The position numbers and the translations under genes were made by a program. Below are positions 50,310-59,665 of a stretch of DNA of 64,000 bases, one piece after another (position 1 is the first letter of the stretch; every line of letters begins with the position of its first letter). Source of the DNA: Candidatus Helarchaeota archaeon (GTDB lineage: Archaea > Asgardarchaeota > Lokiarchaeia > Helarchaeales > RDOG01). The notes below the pieces were generated by a model. That model did not search any database. It saw nothing but the letters and a program-made list of their open reading frames with translations, and was not told the DNA's origin. The stretch lies in assembly GCA_019058315.1 (NCBI GenBank), contig JAHPZH010000008.1:64001-128000 (forward strand). Reading direction: 5' to 3'.

Positions 50310-51482
50310 TTGATAAATTTGAATTCAGAGCCAATTAAAAAGCCCGAATTTCGATTAACTAGACTTTTTTCATTGGATGTAATTAGAGGAATTGCAGCAT
50401 TTTTCATGGTTAATGGACATTTTATTTATGATACGATGAGCAAAGATCCAAAACTACAATTCACTAAATCATTTTTTTTTATGGCTGAAAACTTCATTTA
50501 TACCGTAGGATGGACTATGTTTTTTCTTATAATCGGAATTGGATTAGCTATTTCCACACAGCGATACAAATTAAAGAAAGTATCATTCGAAGTACGGTTA
50601 TATCATGTTTTAAAGAGAACAATTATTTTAGTTATAATTCAATATGTATATAATTTAGTTAATTTCGGCTTCTTATCTTCAGATTATTATAAATTATATT
50701 TTGGTCCTTATTCCAATACCGATTTTACCTATTTTTTTAATCCAATTTCATCCTTTTCTCACTCAAATTTAATTGCACAAATTGCACTTTGGTCTTTTGT
50801 TGTTTTCATCTTAATGGAACTTCCTACTGTTGCTAGAGTTATTATTGCAGTTGTTGTTGCATATTTTGGGTATTATGTGTTCGCGGTTCAAGGAAATATG
50901 TTTTTCTATATATTAACTGGTGAAATTTTTGGAACTTATTTAGTAAATGAATTGGGAAAGGGAAATACTGAAAGAGTATATAAATTAATTCTATTTTTTG
51001 GGATCATTTTGTTTTGTATCGGACTACCTTTACATATTGTTACTGTAAATAATAGGATTTTTGTGGATAATATTTTTTATATTTCACAACTTATTCAAAG
51101 TCAATCTGGAAAGACAAGATTGTATTCTGGAGTTACGAATTATGCAGATTATCTAGCAAGCCCTGGTTTTATTTTGTATTCTTTAGGTGCAGTATTTATG
51201 TTATTTGCATCACTATTTTGGATTTTAGATGTTAAAAAAAAGAAATCTAAAATCTTTAGACCTTTTATTTTATGGGGAAATTTAACTTTGACCTTATATG
51301 TAACTCATTTTATTTTATTATATCAATTTGTTTATAATTTAGAACTCTATCTTTACTTTTCTTTAGTCACGTTTATGACATGGAATCTTTTGTTATGCAT
51401 TTTCATTTATATTGGTGCAGTATTTTGGTCAAGATATAAATTTAAATATAGTCTTGAGTGGATTATCCGTAAATATAGTTAA
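50310..51482 (+). CDS. DUF1624 / HGSNAT-like membrane acyltransferase (copy A)
   Basis: RLFSLDVIRGIAAFFMVNGH; GNLTLTLYVTH; SLEWIIR. Confidence 0.8.
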   Translation: MINLNSEPIKKPEFRLTRLFSLDVIRGIAAFFMVNGHFIYDTMSKDPKLQFTKSFFFMAENFIYTVGWTMFFLIIGIGLAISTQRYKLKKVSFEVRLYHVLKRTIILVIIQYVYNLVNFGFLSSDYYKLYFGPYSNTDFTYFFNPISSFSHSNLIAQIALWSFVVFILMELPTVARVIIAVVVAYFGYYVFAVQGNMFFYILTGEIFGTYLVNELGKGNTERVYKLILFFGIILFCIGLPLHIVTVNNRIFVDNIFYISQLIQSQSGKTRLYSGVTNYADYLASPGFILYSLGAVFMLFASLFWILDVKKKKSKIFRPFILWGNLTLTLYVTHFILLYQFVYNLELYLYFSLVTFMTWNLLLCIFIYIGAVFWSRYKFKYSLEWIIRKYS

Positions 51483-51564
51483 ATGTGTCAATAGTTAACG
51501 ATTTATAAGGATAAAAAAAATATCAAATATTATTTTTAATATTTAAAATCAATTAAAAGTTCAT

Positions 51565-52719
51565 TTGATTAAATTGACAGAACCACCGAAGAAAAAACCA
51601 AAGATGAGATTGCAAAGAGTTGTAGCATTAGATATTGTTAGAGGAATCGCTGCATTTATGATGGTTCAAGGTCATTTCATTTATGCTACAGTTGAAAGTC
51701 ATGTTCCAAATATATTATTTCCTAAAATTCATCCAAACTTTTGGTTAACGAGGCTTTACTTTTTCATCTCTGAGAATTTCTTATATGCTTTGGGATGGTC
51801 AATGTTCTTTCTCGTCATCGGAATTGGCTTGGCCATTTCAATAGAGATTCAAAAACTAAGAAAAACCCCATTTAAAGATCGTTTGAAACATATTTTAAAA
51901 AGAACTGGATTTTTTATATTGGTTCAATATATTTTTAATATAGTTAGTTATGGATTTTTGCCTCCTGCCAGCTATGAAACTTATATTTTAACTCTTGGGA
52001 ATGTTCCTCCTTCTGATATTTTTTTCTATTTAAATCCAATAACCTCATTTTCGTATTCAAGCCTCATTGCGGAAATCGGACTTTGGTCTTTAGTTATTTT
52101 TTTCTTAATGGAACTCTCATTACGTGTTAGAATTGTTATTGCGATCATTTTTGGATTTGTAGGGTATTATATCATTTTCTTAAGGGGTAATATGCTTGTA
52201 TATATTTTAGCGGGTGGAATTTTTGGTTCTTATTTGATAAAAGAATCATTGAAAGGCAATAAAGATAAAATATTTAAGATTTTTCTTTTAACTGGAATAG
52301 TTTTTACAGGAATTGGAACCCCGTTACATATATTCGCCGATATTGCTGAGAGACTTGCAAATCCACTTCCTACTAATTACGCGGATTACTTAGGTAGTCC
52401 TGGATTTATTTTGTATTCATTAGGGGTAATTTGGATTTTATTTGCACTTTTATATCGGGGTGTGGACTATAATAGGCATAATTATAAGGCGTTTAAACCT
52501 TTTATTTTACTAGGAAATTTAACTCTGACAATATATGTGGCACATTACATACTATTGAATCAATTTCTTTATAACTTTGGGTTTAATGCTTATTTTAACA
52601 TAATTTCAGGTTGGACTTGGAATTTTGCTTTAATTATTTTTATTTATATAGCCTCAGTTTATTGGTCAAGGTATAGGTTTAAATATAGTTTAGAATGGGT
52701 TGTTCAAAAAATCAGATAA
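51565..52719 (+). CDS. DUF1624 / HGSNAT-like membrane acyltransferase (copy B)
   Basis: RVVALDIVRGIAAFMMVQGH; GNLTLTIYVAH; SLEWVVQ. Confidence 0.8.
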   Translation: MIKLTEPPKKKPKMRLQRVVALDIVRGIAAFMMVQGHFIYATVESHVPNILFPKIHPNFWLTRLYFFISENFLYALGWSMFFLVIGIGLAISIEIQKLRKTPFKDRLKHILKRTGFFILVQYIFNIVSYGFLPPASYETYILTLGNVPPSDIFFYLNPITSFSYSSLIAEIGLWSLVIFFLMELSLRVRIVIAIIFGFVGYYIIFLRGNMLVYILAGGIFGSYLIKESLKGNKDKIFKIFLLTGIVFTGIGTPLHIFADIAERLANPLPTNYADYLGSPGFILYSLGVIWILFALLYRGVDYNRHNYKAFKPFILLGNLTLTIYVAHYILLNQFLYNFGFNAYFNIISGWTWNFALIIFIYIASVYWSRYRFKYSLEWVVQKIR

Positions 52720-52769
52720 TTAAGCTTGAGCTTTCTAAACCCCCAAATTTTATTTTTAGAAGGTCAAAA

Positions 52770-52967
52770 TTAAATTATTAATTTTTGATGACTTTCCTTT
52801 ACAGTCTTTTTAGTGCTCGAAATTGATTTATTTTTTAAATTAGGGAATTCAGAGCTCTTTCGCAATTCATTTATATTATTTAACATGTTAAAATCGAGTA
52901 ATTCATCTTTACAAAGTAAATAAAAGCTACAATCTTTGCAATTTTTGTTTTTTTTACAGTGATTCAT
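52770..52967 (-). CDS. small Cys-motif hypothetical protein
   Basis: C-x5-CKDC-x5-C at the N-terminus. Confidence 0.45.
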   Translation of the reverse strand: MNHCKKNKNCKDCSFYLLCKDELLDFNMLNNINELRKSSEFPNLKNKSISSTKKTVKESHQKLII

Positions 52968-53097
52968 AATTTTTGACTCGTTTTTGTCGAAAATACAATT
53001 ACTAATATTTCAAATAAAAAGCTACATGAATATATAAAAACTAAACATAGGGGTAATTTCGATTAGAAAATCTCCTATTCTTAATTGTTGCACTTTG

Positions 53098-54153
53098 CTA
53101 AATGAAAGAACTTAATAAAAATAGTACTTGTAAAATCCCGAGAATCCATGAGATTGTGAGCCCTATGATAAAACTAATATAGTTTTTGCTGGGAAATCTT
53201 TCATCATTTATTTGTATAAATATAGTTAATGGTAAAACTATGGGCAGCATGTGTCTGAATTCTATAGCGGAGATTAGAATCGATAGAGATAATACGGTAA
53301 ATAACCAAATAAAATAGAGTAGATTTTTTGTCAGATATTTTTCCCCCTCTTCATCCCTTTCATCATCTCGGATTCCTTTGATTAACATCCAATTACCTAT
53401 ACCAAATGTAAGTAATGTGAAAACGATTAAATTTGCAGGATTAATTGCAATAGAAATAGATTGAAATGTTAAAAATATGATACCTACTGGAACAGAAGTA
53501 AGAATTACGACAAAAATATATTCAGTCATCTCTTTTTTTTCAACTTCTCGGTTCCTTATTAGTTTAATTAGAAGATAAAGAACTATAAATACTGGAATTG
53601 CTTTACTTGAGTCTTTATACAGATTTCCTAGAATCACTGCAATTACTAATAGCGGATAATAGAGGATATGTTCTTTTCTTTTCTCAAAACAATAAACCGA
53701 AGCTAACATAAAGAATTGGGAGATAATTTCCCAATCACAAATCCAAATTGCTGAAGCCCAAGTTATTCCATTGAGAATGAAAAAGAATGCTTTTGATTTG
53801 TTATAAGTTAATTTATAGAGAACCACTCCACTTAAACCTACGAAAATTGCTTTAAATAGATGAAATCCCCATGGATTAAACCCAAAAATCCTTAGTAAAT
53901 AATGATATGTCCATAACGCCATTGGACGATGAGGTAATAAACGTAGAAAACTAAGTATTCCAAATACAAAGTTATTAATAACCTCATTGCCAAGGAAAAA
54001 CGTTGTGGCTGTTAAAGGAATCCAAAAGGTGAAATCATCTCGTTTGAACGGAAAAAAGAAGGAAGTTCCAAAATTAAAAAGGAACCCAATTAAAAAGAAC
54101 TTAAAACTCCAAGAACTATTCAACCAGTTAAAAAAATCTTTGAGTTTTTCCAT
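53098..54153 (-). CDS. polytopic membrane protein, GT-C glycosyltransferase-like
   Basis: RDD after TM1, HRP...FGFNPWGFH, YKDS and FRHMLP patterns typical of PMT/ArnT-like proteins. Confidence 0.6.
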   Translation of the reverse strand: MEKLKDFFNWLNSSWSFKFFLIGFLFNFGTSFFFPFKRDDFTFWIPLTATTFFLGNEVINNFVFGILSFLRLLPHRPMALWTYHYLLRIFGFNPWGFHLFKAIFVGLSGVVLYKLTYNKSKAFFFILNGITWASAIWICDWEIISQFFMLASVYCFEKRKEHILYYPLLVIAVILGNLYKDSSKAIPVFIVLYLLIKLIRNREVEKKEMTEYIFVVILTSVPVGIIFLTFQSISIAINPANLIVFTLLTFGIGNWMLIKGIRDDERDEEGEKYLTKNLLYFIWLFTVLSLSILISAIEFRHMLPIVLPLTIFIQINDERFPSKNYISFIIGLTISWILGILQVLFLLSSFI

Positions 54154-54226
54154 TTAATATTGTCCTATTTAAGTTTTAAAACAAGTATGAGTTAATTAGG
54201 AGTTAATACTTTTTAATTTAACCATT

Positions 54227-55468
54227 TTAAGATTTTTTAAAAAATGATTCTAAAGTCTTTCCTTTGGTATTTGCTTCAAGAATGGGGTTAATTAGCTCTA
54301 TTATTTTATCACCAACACTTTTTATCGACTTTAATTCGTTTCTATTCGCAATATTTTGAATAGATTCCTTTAGATTTCCGATATTTAAACCAGCCCATAA
54401 TAGATGATTATAATATTTACCTTGAATTTGTCGATCATAAGACATATCGCATAAAAATTGGCTTATTTTATAATTTAATTTCCTATAATCCTTTGGAATA
54501 TATCGCTCCTTAATTCTGTACTTTATATCATATTTTTTACACAATTCTACAACTATTTCATTAATCTTCAACATATAATCCATTTTTGGGATATATTCGC
54601 ACTTAAATTTCGATTTTAATTTTTCTTTTTTCTCTTCGATATTTTCTCCATCCTGTAATTCTTTCATAAGATTAGCCGTTTCTGAGCAAAAATTGGCATT
54701 ATATAGATTATTATATTTAGGAATTAATTCTGGATATTTCTCTTCTAATTTAGACATAAAAAAAATAGCTTGGAAATCTCTCATGGTCATTCCACTAAAT
54801 AAAATGTATTCAGAACCACTCTCTTTAGTCCTTCTGATTATTTCTTCAAGAGTTTCTTTATCATCAGTAAGATAAGGCACTATTGGCATTATAAAAATAC
54901 CCGTATGAATTTCGGGATATTTTTCATTAATTAATTCTAGACATTTCATTCTATTCTCAGCACTTGGAGCTCCTGGTTCTAAAAATTTATTAATTTCTTT
55001 ATTTAATGTTGTTACAGTAAAAGAAACTGCAGCCCATGATGCTTTTGCGATTTTTAATATGAGATCTAGATCATTCTGAATCATATCAGATTTAGTTAAA
55101 ATGGACAGAGGATATTTATGCTTTAATAAAACTTGTAAAATCTGGCGTGTTTGTCCATATTCCATCTCTGCTGGTTGATATGCATCTCCAGCACTGCCAA
55201 TAATTGTAACATCTGGGAGTAATTTTCTTGCTTTTTTAAGTCTTTGGTCCAAGGCTTCCCCTATTGGCTTCCCATTTATTGTTTTAATATAAACTGTCTG
55301 ACCAAAATCTTGATGAAGATAATATCTAAAAGATCTTGTATCGCAGTAAATACACGCATGTTCGCATCCATTATAACAATTTATTATATATTTACACCAA
55401 AACCATGAATCTACATATTTCATAACTTTTAAAACTGTCTTAAAATCTTTAAATTCATATTTTACCAT
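54227..55468 (-). CDS. radical SAM protein (SPL-like/Rv2578c family) with C-terminal HhH
   Basis: YNGCEHACIYC, DAYQPAE, ILTKS, LEPGAPS, MPIVPYLTD; LKSIKSVGDKI. Confidence 0.88.
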   Translation of the reverse strand: MVKYEFKDFKTVLKVMKYVDSWFWCKYIINCYNGCEHACIYCDTRSFRYYLHQDFGQTVYIKTINGKPIGEALDQRLKKARKLLPDVTIIGSAGDAYQPAEMEYGQTRQILQVLLKHKYPLSILTKSDMIQNDLDLILKIAKASWAAVSFTVTTLNKEINKFLEPGAPSAENRMKCLELINEKYPEIHTGIFIMPIVPYLTDDKETLEEIIRRTKESGSEYILFSGMTMRDFQAIFFMSKLEEKYPELIPKYNNLYNANFCSETANLMKELQDGENIEEKKEKLKSKFKCEYIPKMDYMLKINEIVVELCKKYDIKYRIKERYIPKDYRKLNYKISQFLCDMSYDRQIQGKYYNHLLWAGLNIGNLKESIQNIANRNELKSIKSVGDKIIELINPILEANTKGKTLESFFKKS

Positions 55469-55578
55469 TTGTCATCAAATTAAAAGAGTTTTTAAGGAAA
55501 CTTTAAAATTTGTTGATAAGTTTAAAAATTTCTTATTATTTATAAATAAGAAATCTTCCTAAAAAGTGACGTGATATA

Positions 55579-56640
55579 GTGGATTTATCTGAAATTCTTG
55601 AGGAATTGAAAAAACAAAAAGACTCTGGAAGAAAAATTGTTGGAATTATGGCACATCAGATGATTCCAGAAGAAATTATACATGCAAGTGGAGCCATACC
55701 ATTAAAATTAAGTTTTTCAGGACCTGAAGAAATAAGTATGAGAGGGACAGAATATCTAACAGCAGCCACATGCCCCCTTGCACGTTCGACTGTGGGGTTC
55801 TTTGAGGATGGAAATGAATTTTACTCATTAATTGATGTTTTTCTTGGTGGAAATTATTGTAATGGTGATGTTTGCGCTTCTGAATATATTTCGAAATATT
55901 TTAAAATACCTTTAATTCATTTCCCAATTCCTTGGATGGATAATTCTCCTTCGGTCCATTATTATCAAACACTCATCTCAAATTTAAAAAAATCTCTTGA
56001 AAATATCTTTAAAATACAAATCACAGATGAGCAAATTTCAAATTCAATTTCCTCATATAATCAAATTCGGAAATTTTTTCAAGAAATTAAACCAAAAATT
56101 GGAATGGGTTCGCAATTTCAAGAAATATTAAATGAATTATATTTATTGGGTCCTGATATATTCCTCAGAAATATTAAAACACAGCAAGATTTTGTTAAAA
56201 AAGAGGAACAGAATACAGCTATAGCATTTACAGGTTCCTTTGTCGGTATAAATGACCATATTTTAGAAACTATCGAAAATTGTGGATTTCAAATAAGTTA
56301 TAATAATTCAGAATCAATTTTCTATTTTGATGAATTGATTCCTTCAGGAGAACCAATGGCAGCTTTAGCTCAATATTATTTACAAAATCATTATTCCTTT
56401 CGAATGCTTGAAACCCAACATCAAATAAACCGACTCGTTGAAAAAGTTAAATCATTAGAATTGAAAGGAACTATTTTACACGTTCTTAAATTCTGTGATC
56501 CTTACGTGTCAACAAGAAATTACATTAAAGATTCATTAAGTGAACAAGGTTATGCCATACTAGAAATTGAACGAGATTATGACCAAAGTATTGAACAAAT
56601 TAAGACACGTTTAGAAGCTTTTAGGGAAATGATAGAATGA
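55579..56640 (+). CDS. 2-hydroxyacyl-CoA dehydratase / benzoyl-CoA reductase subunit (HgdB/FldC-like)
   Basis: PEEIIHASG, CPLARS, KFCDP, QIKTRLEAF. Confidence 0.85.
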   Translation: MDLSEILEELKKQKDSGRKIVGIMAHQMIPEEIIHASGAIPLKLSFSGPEEISMRGTEYLTAATCPLARSTVGFFEDGNEFYSLIDVFLGGNYCNGDVCASEYISKYFKIPLIHFPIPWMDNSPSVHYYQTLISNLKKSLENIFKIQITDEQISNSISSYNQIRKFFQEIKPKIGMGSQFQEILNELYLLGPDIFLRNIKTQQDFVKKEEQNTAIAFTGSFVGINDHILETIENCGFQISYNNSESIFYFDELIPSGEPMAALAQYYLQNHYSFRMLETQHQINRLVEKVKSLELKGTILHVLKFCDPYVSTRNYIKDSLSEQGYAILEIERDYDQSIEQIKTRLEAFREMIE

Positions 56641-57950
56641 GTAAGCTTGTAAAGGATTATTTAAATGAAAATACTCTAACTTTAATGTTAGACTATTATT
56701 CAGGTCAAAAACAAGTGCGTTTAGCAAAATCGCGGGGGAAAAAAACATGTTCAATCATGCTCCCCTTTGTTATAGAACTAATTGAGGCCTCGGGCTGTGT
56801 CCCTATTTCTTGTTATCGACTAGGTCGCTTTCTTGCAGATCGTGAACTCCGCCTAATGAGACTTTCAAAAAATATTTTTGGGACTAGCTCCCTTGTACGA
56901 TCATTAAGTTTCATTAACAGGGCAATTGGTCCGGATTGGCTTAAAAATCTAGCTGATAAAGGAATTCTTGGGGGTTTATGGAAGGTTTATCATGAATCAG
57001 TTAATGTGGCTAAAGAACAACAATTTCCTTTGGATGCTTGTTTTGGAACGAGGGTTTATTATGGAGCTTTAACACAATTCCAAAAGGACATTGATTTTGA
57101 AATTGGCTATGGAACTAGGTGTGGTTGGTTAACTAAATTCTATCAAGCTTGCAGTAAAATAAAACCTCTTGTATTTATTGATATTCCAATGAAATTTGAT
57201 GAAAATGCCTTTGATTATCAAAAAAATGAAATATTACGAGTCATTGGTGAAATTGAAAAGATTACTAAAAAATCTTTTTCAGAAGATGCTCTTCAAGAAG
57301 AAATTCGTCTCCATAATTCTATAGCAAAGAGTTACTCAGAAATTCTAAAAGTTTGGGCTCAAGATATAACGGCTATGGGACCGCTTGGCTTTACTTATGT
57401 TCTTTCCATGTTGCATTTTGGATATACTGATAGGTTAACCAAAGGATCAAAATATTTTGATAGACTTTTAAGAAATCTTCTTCAAGAATTCAAGAAAAAC
57501 CTTAAAACAGATCTTACAGATACTCCCAAATTGATATTAGCTCCTATGTTTGGAGGTTTTGATCCCGAAACCTTGAAAATTGTAAGTGAATTAGGTGGAA
57601 GGTTATTATTCGCAGATTGGACAGTTCTTAAAATATTAGATCCCATTAAAGAGAGTGGTGATCCAATTGAAAATTATACGGATTATCTATTAAACATTTC
57701 ACGGAATTGGTATGATAACTCTACGGTTATTAATAATTGGATAGAGGTTATTGAAGATTTAAAACTTGATGGGGTCATTTTTAATAGTGTCTATGGGTGT
57801 AAGAGTTTAACTCCCTCGTTCAGACTATTTAAAGACCGTTTAATTGAGTTAGATGTTCCAATCATCGATATATCCTTTCATAACATGGAAGAAAATATTG
57901 GACAAAATAGAACAAGGATTGGAGCATTTATTGAAATGATTAAAGGTTAA
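56637..57950 (+). CDS. 2-hydroxyacyl-CoA dehydratase family subunit
   Basis: ELIEASG, DAC, RCGW, DGVIF...GCKS, GQNRTRIGAF; ATGA overlap with the previous gene. Confidence 0.82.
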   Translation: MSKLVKDYLNENTLTLMLDYYSGQKQVRLAKSRGKKTCSIMLPFVIELIEASGCVPISCYRLGRFLADRELRLMRLSKNIFGTSSLVRSLSFINRAIGPDWLKNLADKGILGGLWKVYHESVNVAKEQQFPLDACFGTRVYYGALTQFQKDIDFEIGYGTRCGWLTKFYQACSKIKPLVFIDIPMKFDENAFDYQKNEILRVIGEIEKITKKSFSEDALQEEIRLHNSIAKSYSEILKVWAQDITAMGPLGFTYVLSMLHFGYTDRLTKGSKYFDRLLRNLLQEFKKNLKTDLTDTPKLILAPMFGGFDPETLKIVSELGGRLLFADWTVLKILDPIKESGDPIENYTDYLLNISRNWYDNSTVINNWIEVIEDLKLDGVIFNSVYGCKSLTPSFRLFKDRLIELDVPIIDISFHNMEENIGQNRTRIGAFIEMIKG

Positions 57951-57991
57951 TTAATTTATCAATACGTTGTTAGAGAATTACTTAATAAAAA

Positions 57992-58711
57992 TCAAAGGGG
58001 TAATATCTCATATTTTAAATCAACAATATTCTCTTCTGGAAGAAATTGAAGTACATTAACTTCTATATTGAATAATTTATCAAAAATATTAGGGTAACTT
58101 TTTAAAAAATCAAGAGTTTCTTGTTCAATAATGCCTGAAAATATTTCAAAATGTAATTTATTTTCCATATAATTAGAATCTCGAATACGAATTATTATAA
58201 ACGGGGGATCTTGGTTTATTATTGGCGGATCGATACTACAAGGGTCTTTTGAAAGATATATTATTTTAATTAAATCAATTATAAAACCTGCAAATTGATT
58301 TAAATCTGAAATAATATTAAAAGGTTTTTTTATTCCATTAACGGGTATTACATCTTTTACAATAGGTTTTTCCTTAGCGATTGCTTTGCCAATTTCTTTC
58401 CCATCTTTTATTTCAGGGTGGAAGATATTCAAGTATTTCATAAAGGATTTTTGATACTCTATAACTCCGTGGTGTGCTCGTGACATATATGACTGATCAT
58501 ATTTTTTCAAATCACTAATATACCATATTTTATATTGACCGACTCGTCGATCGGAAACTAAACCCTCCTTTTCTAATTTTTTTAAATATTTTGTGACTGT
58601 TATCCGACTAAAATTTGTTTCTTCAGAAATCTTCTTAATACTAATCCCAAATTTTGACTTTTCCAGAAGATTTAAAATATCTTTTCTTATTTTTCCTTGT
58701 TGTTTTACCAT
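57992..58711 (-). CDS. winged-HTH regulator with V4R-like C-terminal domain
   Basis: GISIKKISEETNFSRITVTKYLKKLEKEG; KEIGK and HFEIFSGIIE. Start ATG 58711 or upstream. Confidence 0.78.
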   Translation of the reverse strand: MVKQQGKIRKDILNLLEKSKFGISIKKISEETNFSRITVTKYLKKLEKEGLVSDRRVGQYKIWYISDLKKYDQSYMSRAHHGVIEYQKSFMKYLNIFHPEIKDGKEIGKAIAKEKPIVKDVIPVNGIKKPFNIISDLNQFAGFIIDLIKIIYLSKDPCSIDPPIINQDPPFIIIRIRDSNYMENKLHFEIFSGIIEQETLDFLKSYPNIFDKLFNIEVNVLQFLPEENIVDLKYEILPL

Positions 58712-59031
58712 TTTATTATTTCTTTCTCCATGGCTTTTATTCAATTTTGATGAAATTAATTAAATTTAAATTTAGTCCTTTTATAAGGAAGATTTTTTAT
58801 TAAAATTTTAAATATATATATCTGTAACATAAGTTATTTTCCTTATTTCTGTTATTTAATCCATTAAATAAATATCTTTTGATATAAAAACTTCAATTCT
58901 TCATCTAATCGAATAACTTTATTATTTTATTCAAATTTCATGTTTATTTTGTAAAACCTACCAAAATATTTTTAATAAAATTTTGGTCTTTGGTTATCAT
59001 ATGAGTATATTTTCAATATACACATATATAT

Positions 59032-59637
59032 ATGAAAATAATGGACTTGATTAAAATGAATCAATTAGGACTAAAAAACATCTTTAGTGATTTACCACCC
59101 GAAAGATTAGCTTGGCTTGCCCCCCTGGTGTATTTGGCACATATAATTGAGGAAGCCGCATTTGGCTTTTATAACTTCATGAATAAATATCGTGGAGGAT
59201 CTGGAACTCTCGGACAATTTTTGATCATGAATGGAATCCTCATGATCGCATATATCATTATAATTACTATGTTTACTGTGTACACAAACCGTTTAACTGC
59301 ATTTATTAGTTTGGCAGCTTTGTTGGCGGCGCAATTTTTTAACGCGTTTTTTCATTTAATTTTTACAATTATATATGGAGAATATTGTCCAGGTTTAATA
59401 ACTGGTTTTGCTTTATATATCCCATTTAATATTTTTATTGTTTGGAAAGCATATCAGGAAGATTATATAACAAAAACTACTGGAGCTATTCTCTTTGTTT
59501 TAGGGGCTATACTTATGGCATTATTTGAGTTTGAATCCCTTATAGTACTTTTAGGCTTTGCAATTACTGTAGCAATATCACTTCCGGTGTACTATATTAG
59601 AAGTCACAAGTCCGAAAATTTGGAAAAGGAAACTTAA
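59032..59637 (+). CDS. HXXEE-domain membrane protein
   Basis: HIIEE, NAFFH and YCPGLITG motifs. Start may be a later Met. Confidence 0.85.
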   Translation: MKIMDLIKMNQLGLKNIFSDLPPERLAWLAPLVYLAHIIEEAAFGFYNFMNKYRGGSGTLGQFLIMNGILMIAYIIIITMFTVYTNRLTAFISLAALLAAQFFNAFFHLIFTIIYGEYCPGLITGFALYIPFNIFIVWKAYQEDYITKTTGAILFVLGAILMALFEFESLIVLLGFAITVAISLPVYYIRSHKSENLEKET

Positions 59638-59665
59638 AAAAAAAATTAATAGAAGGGAGATAATT

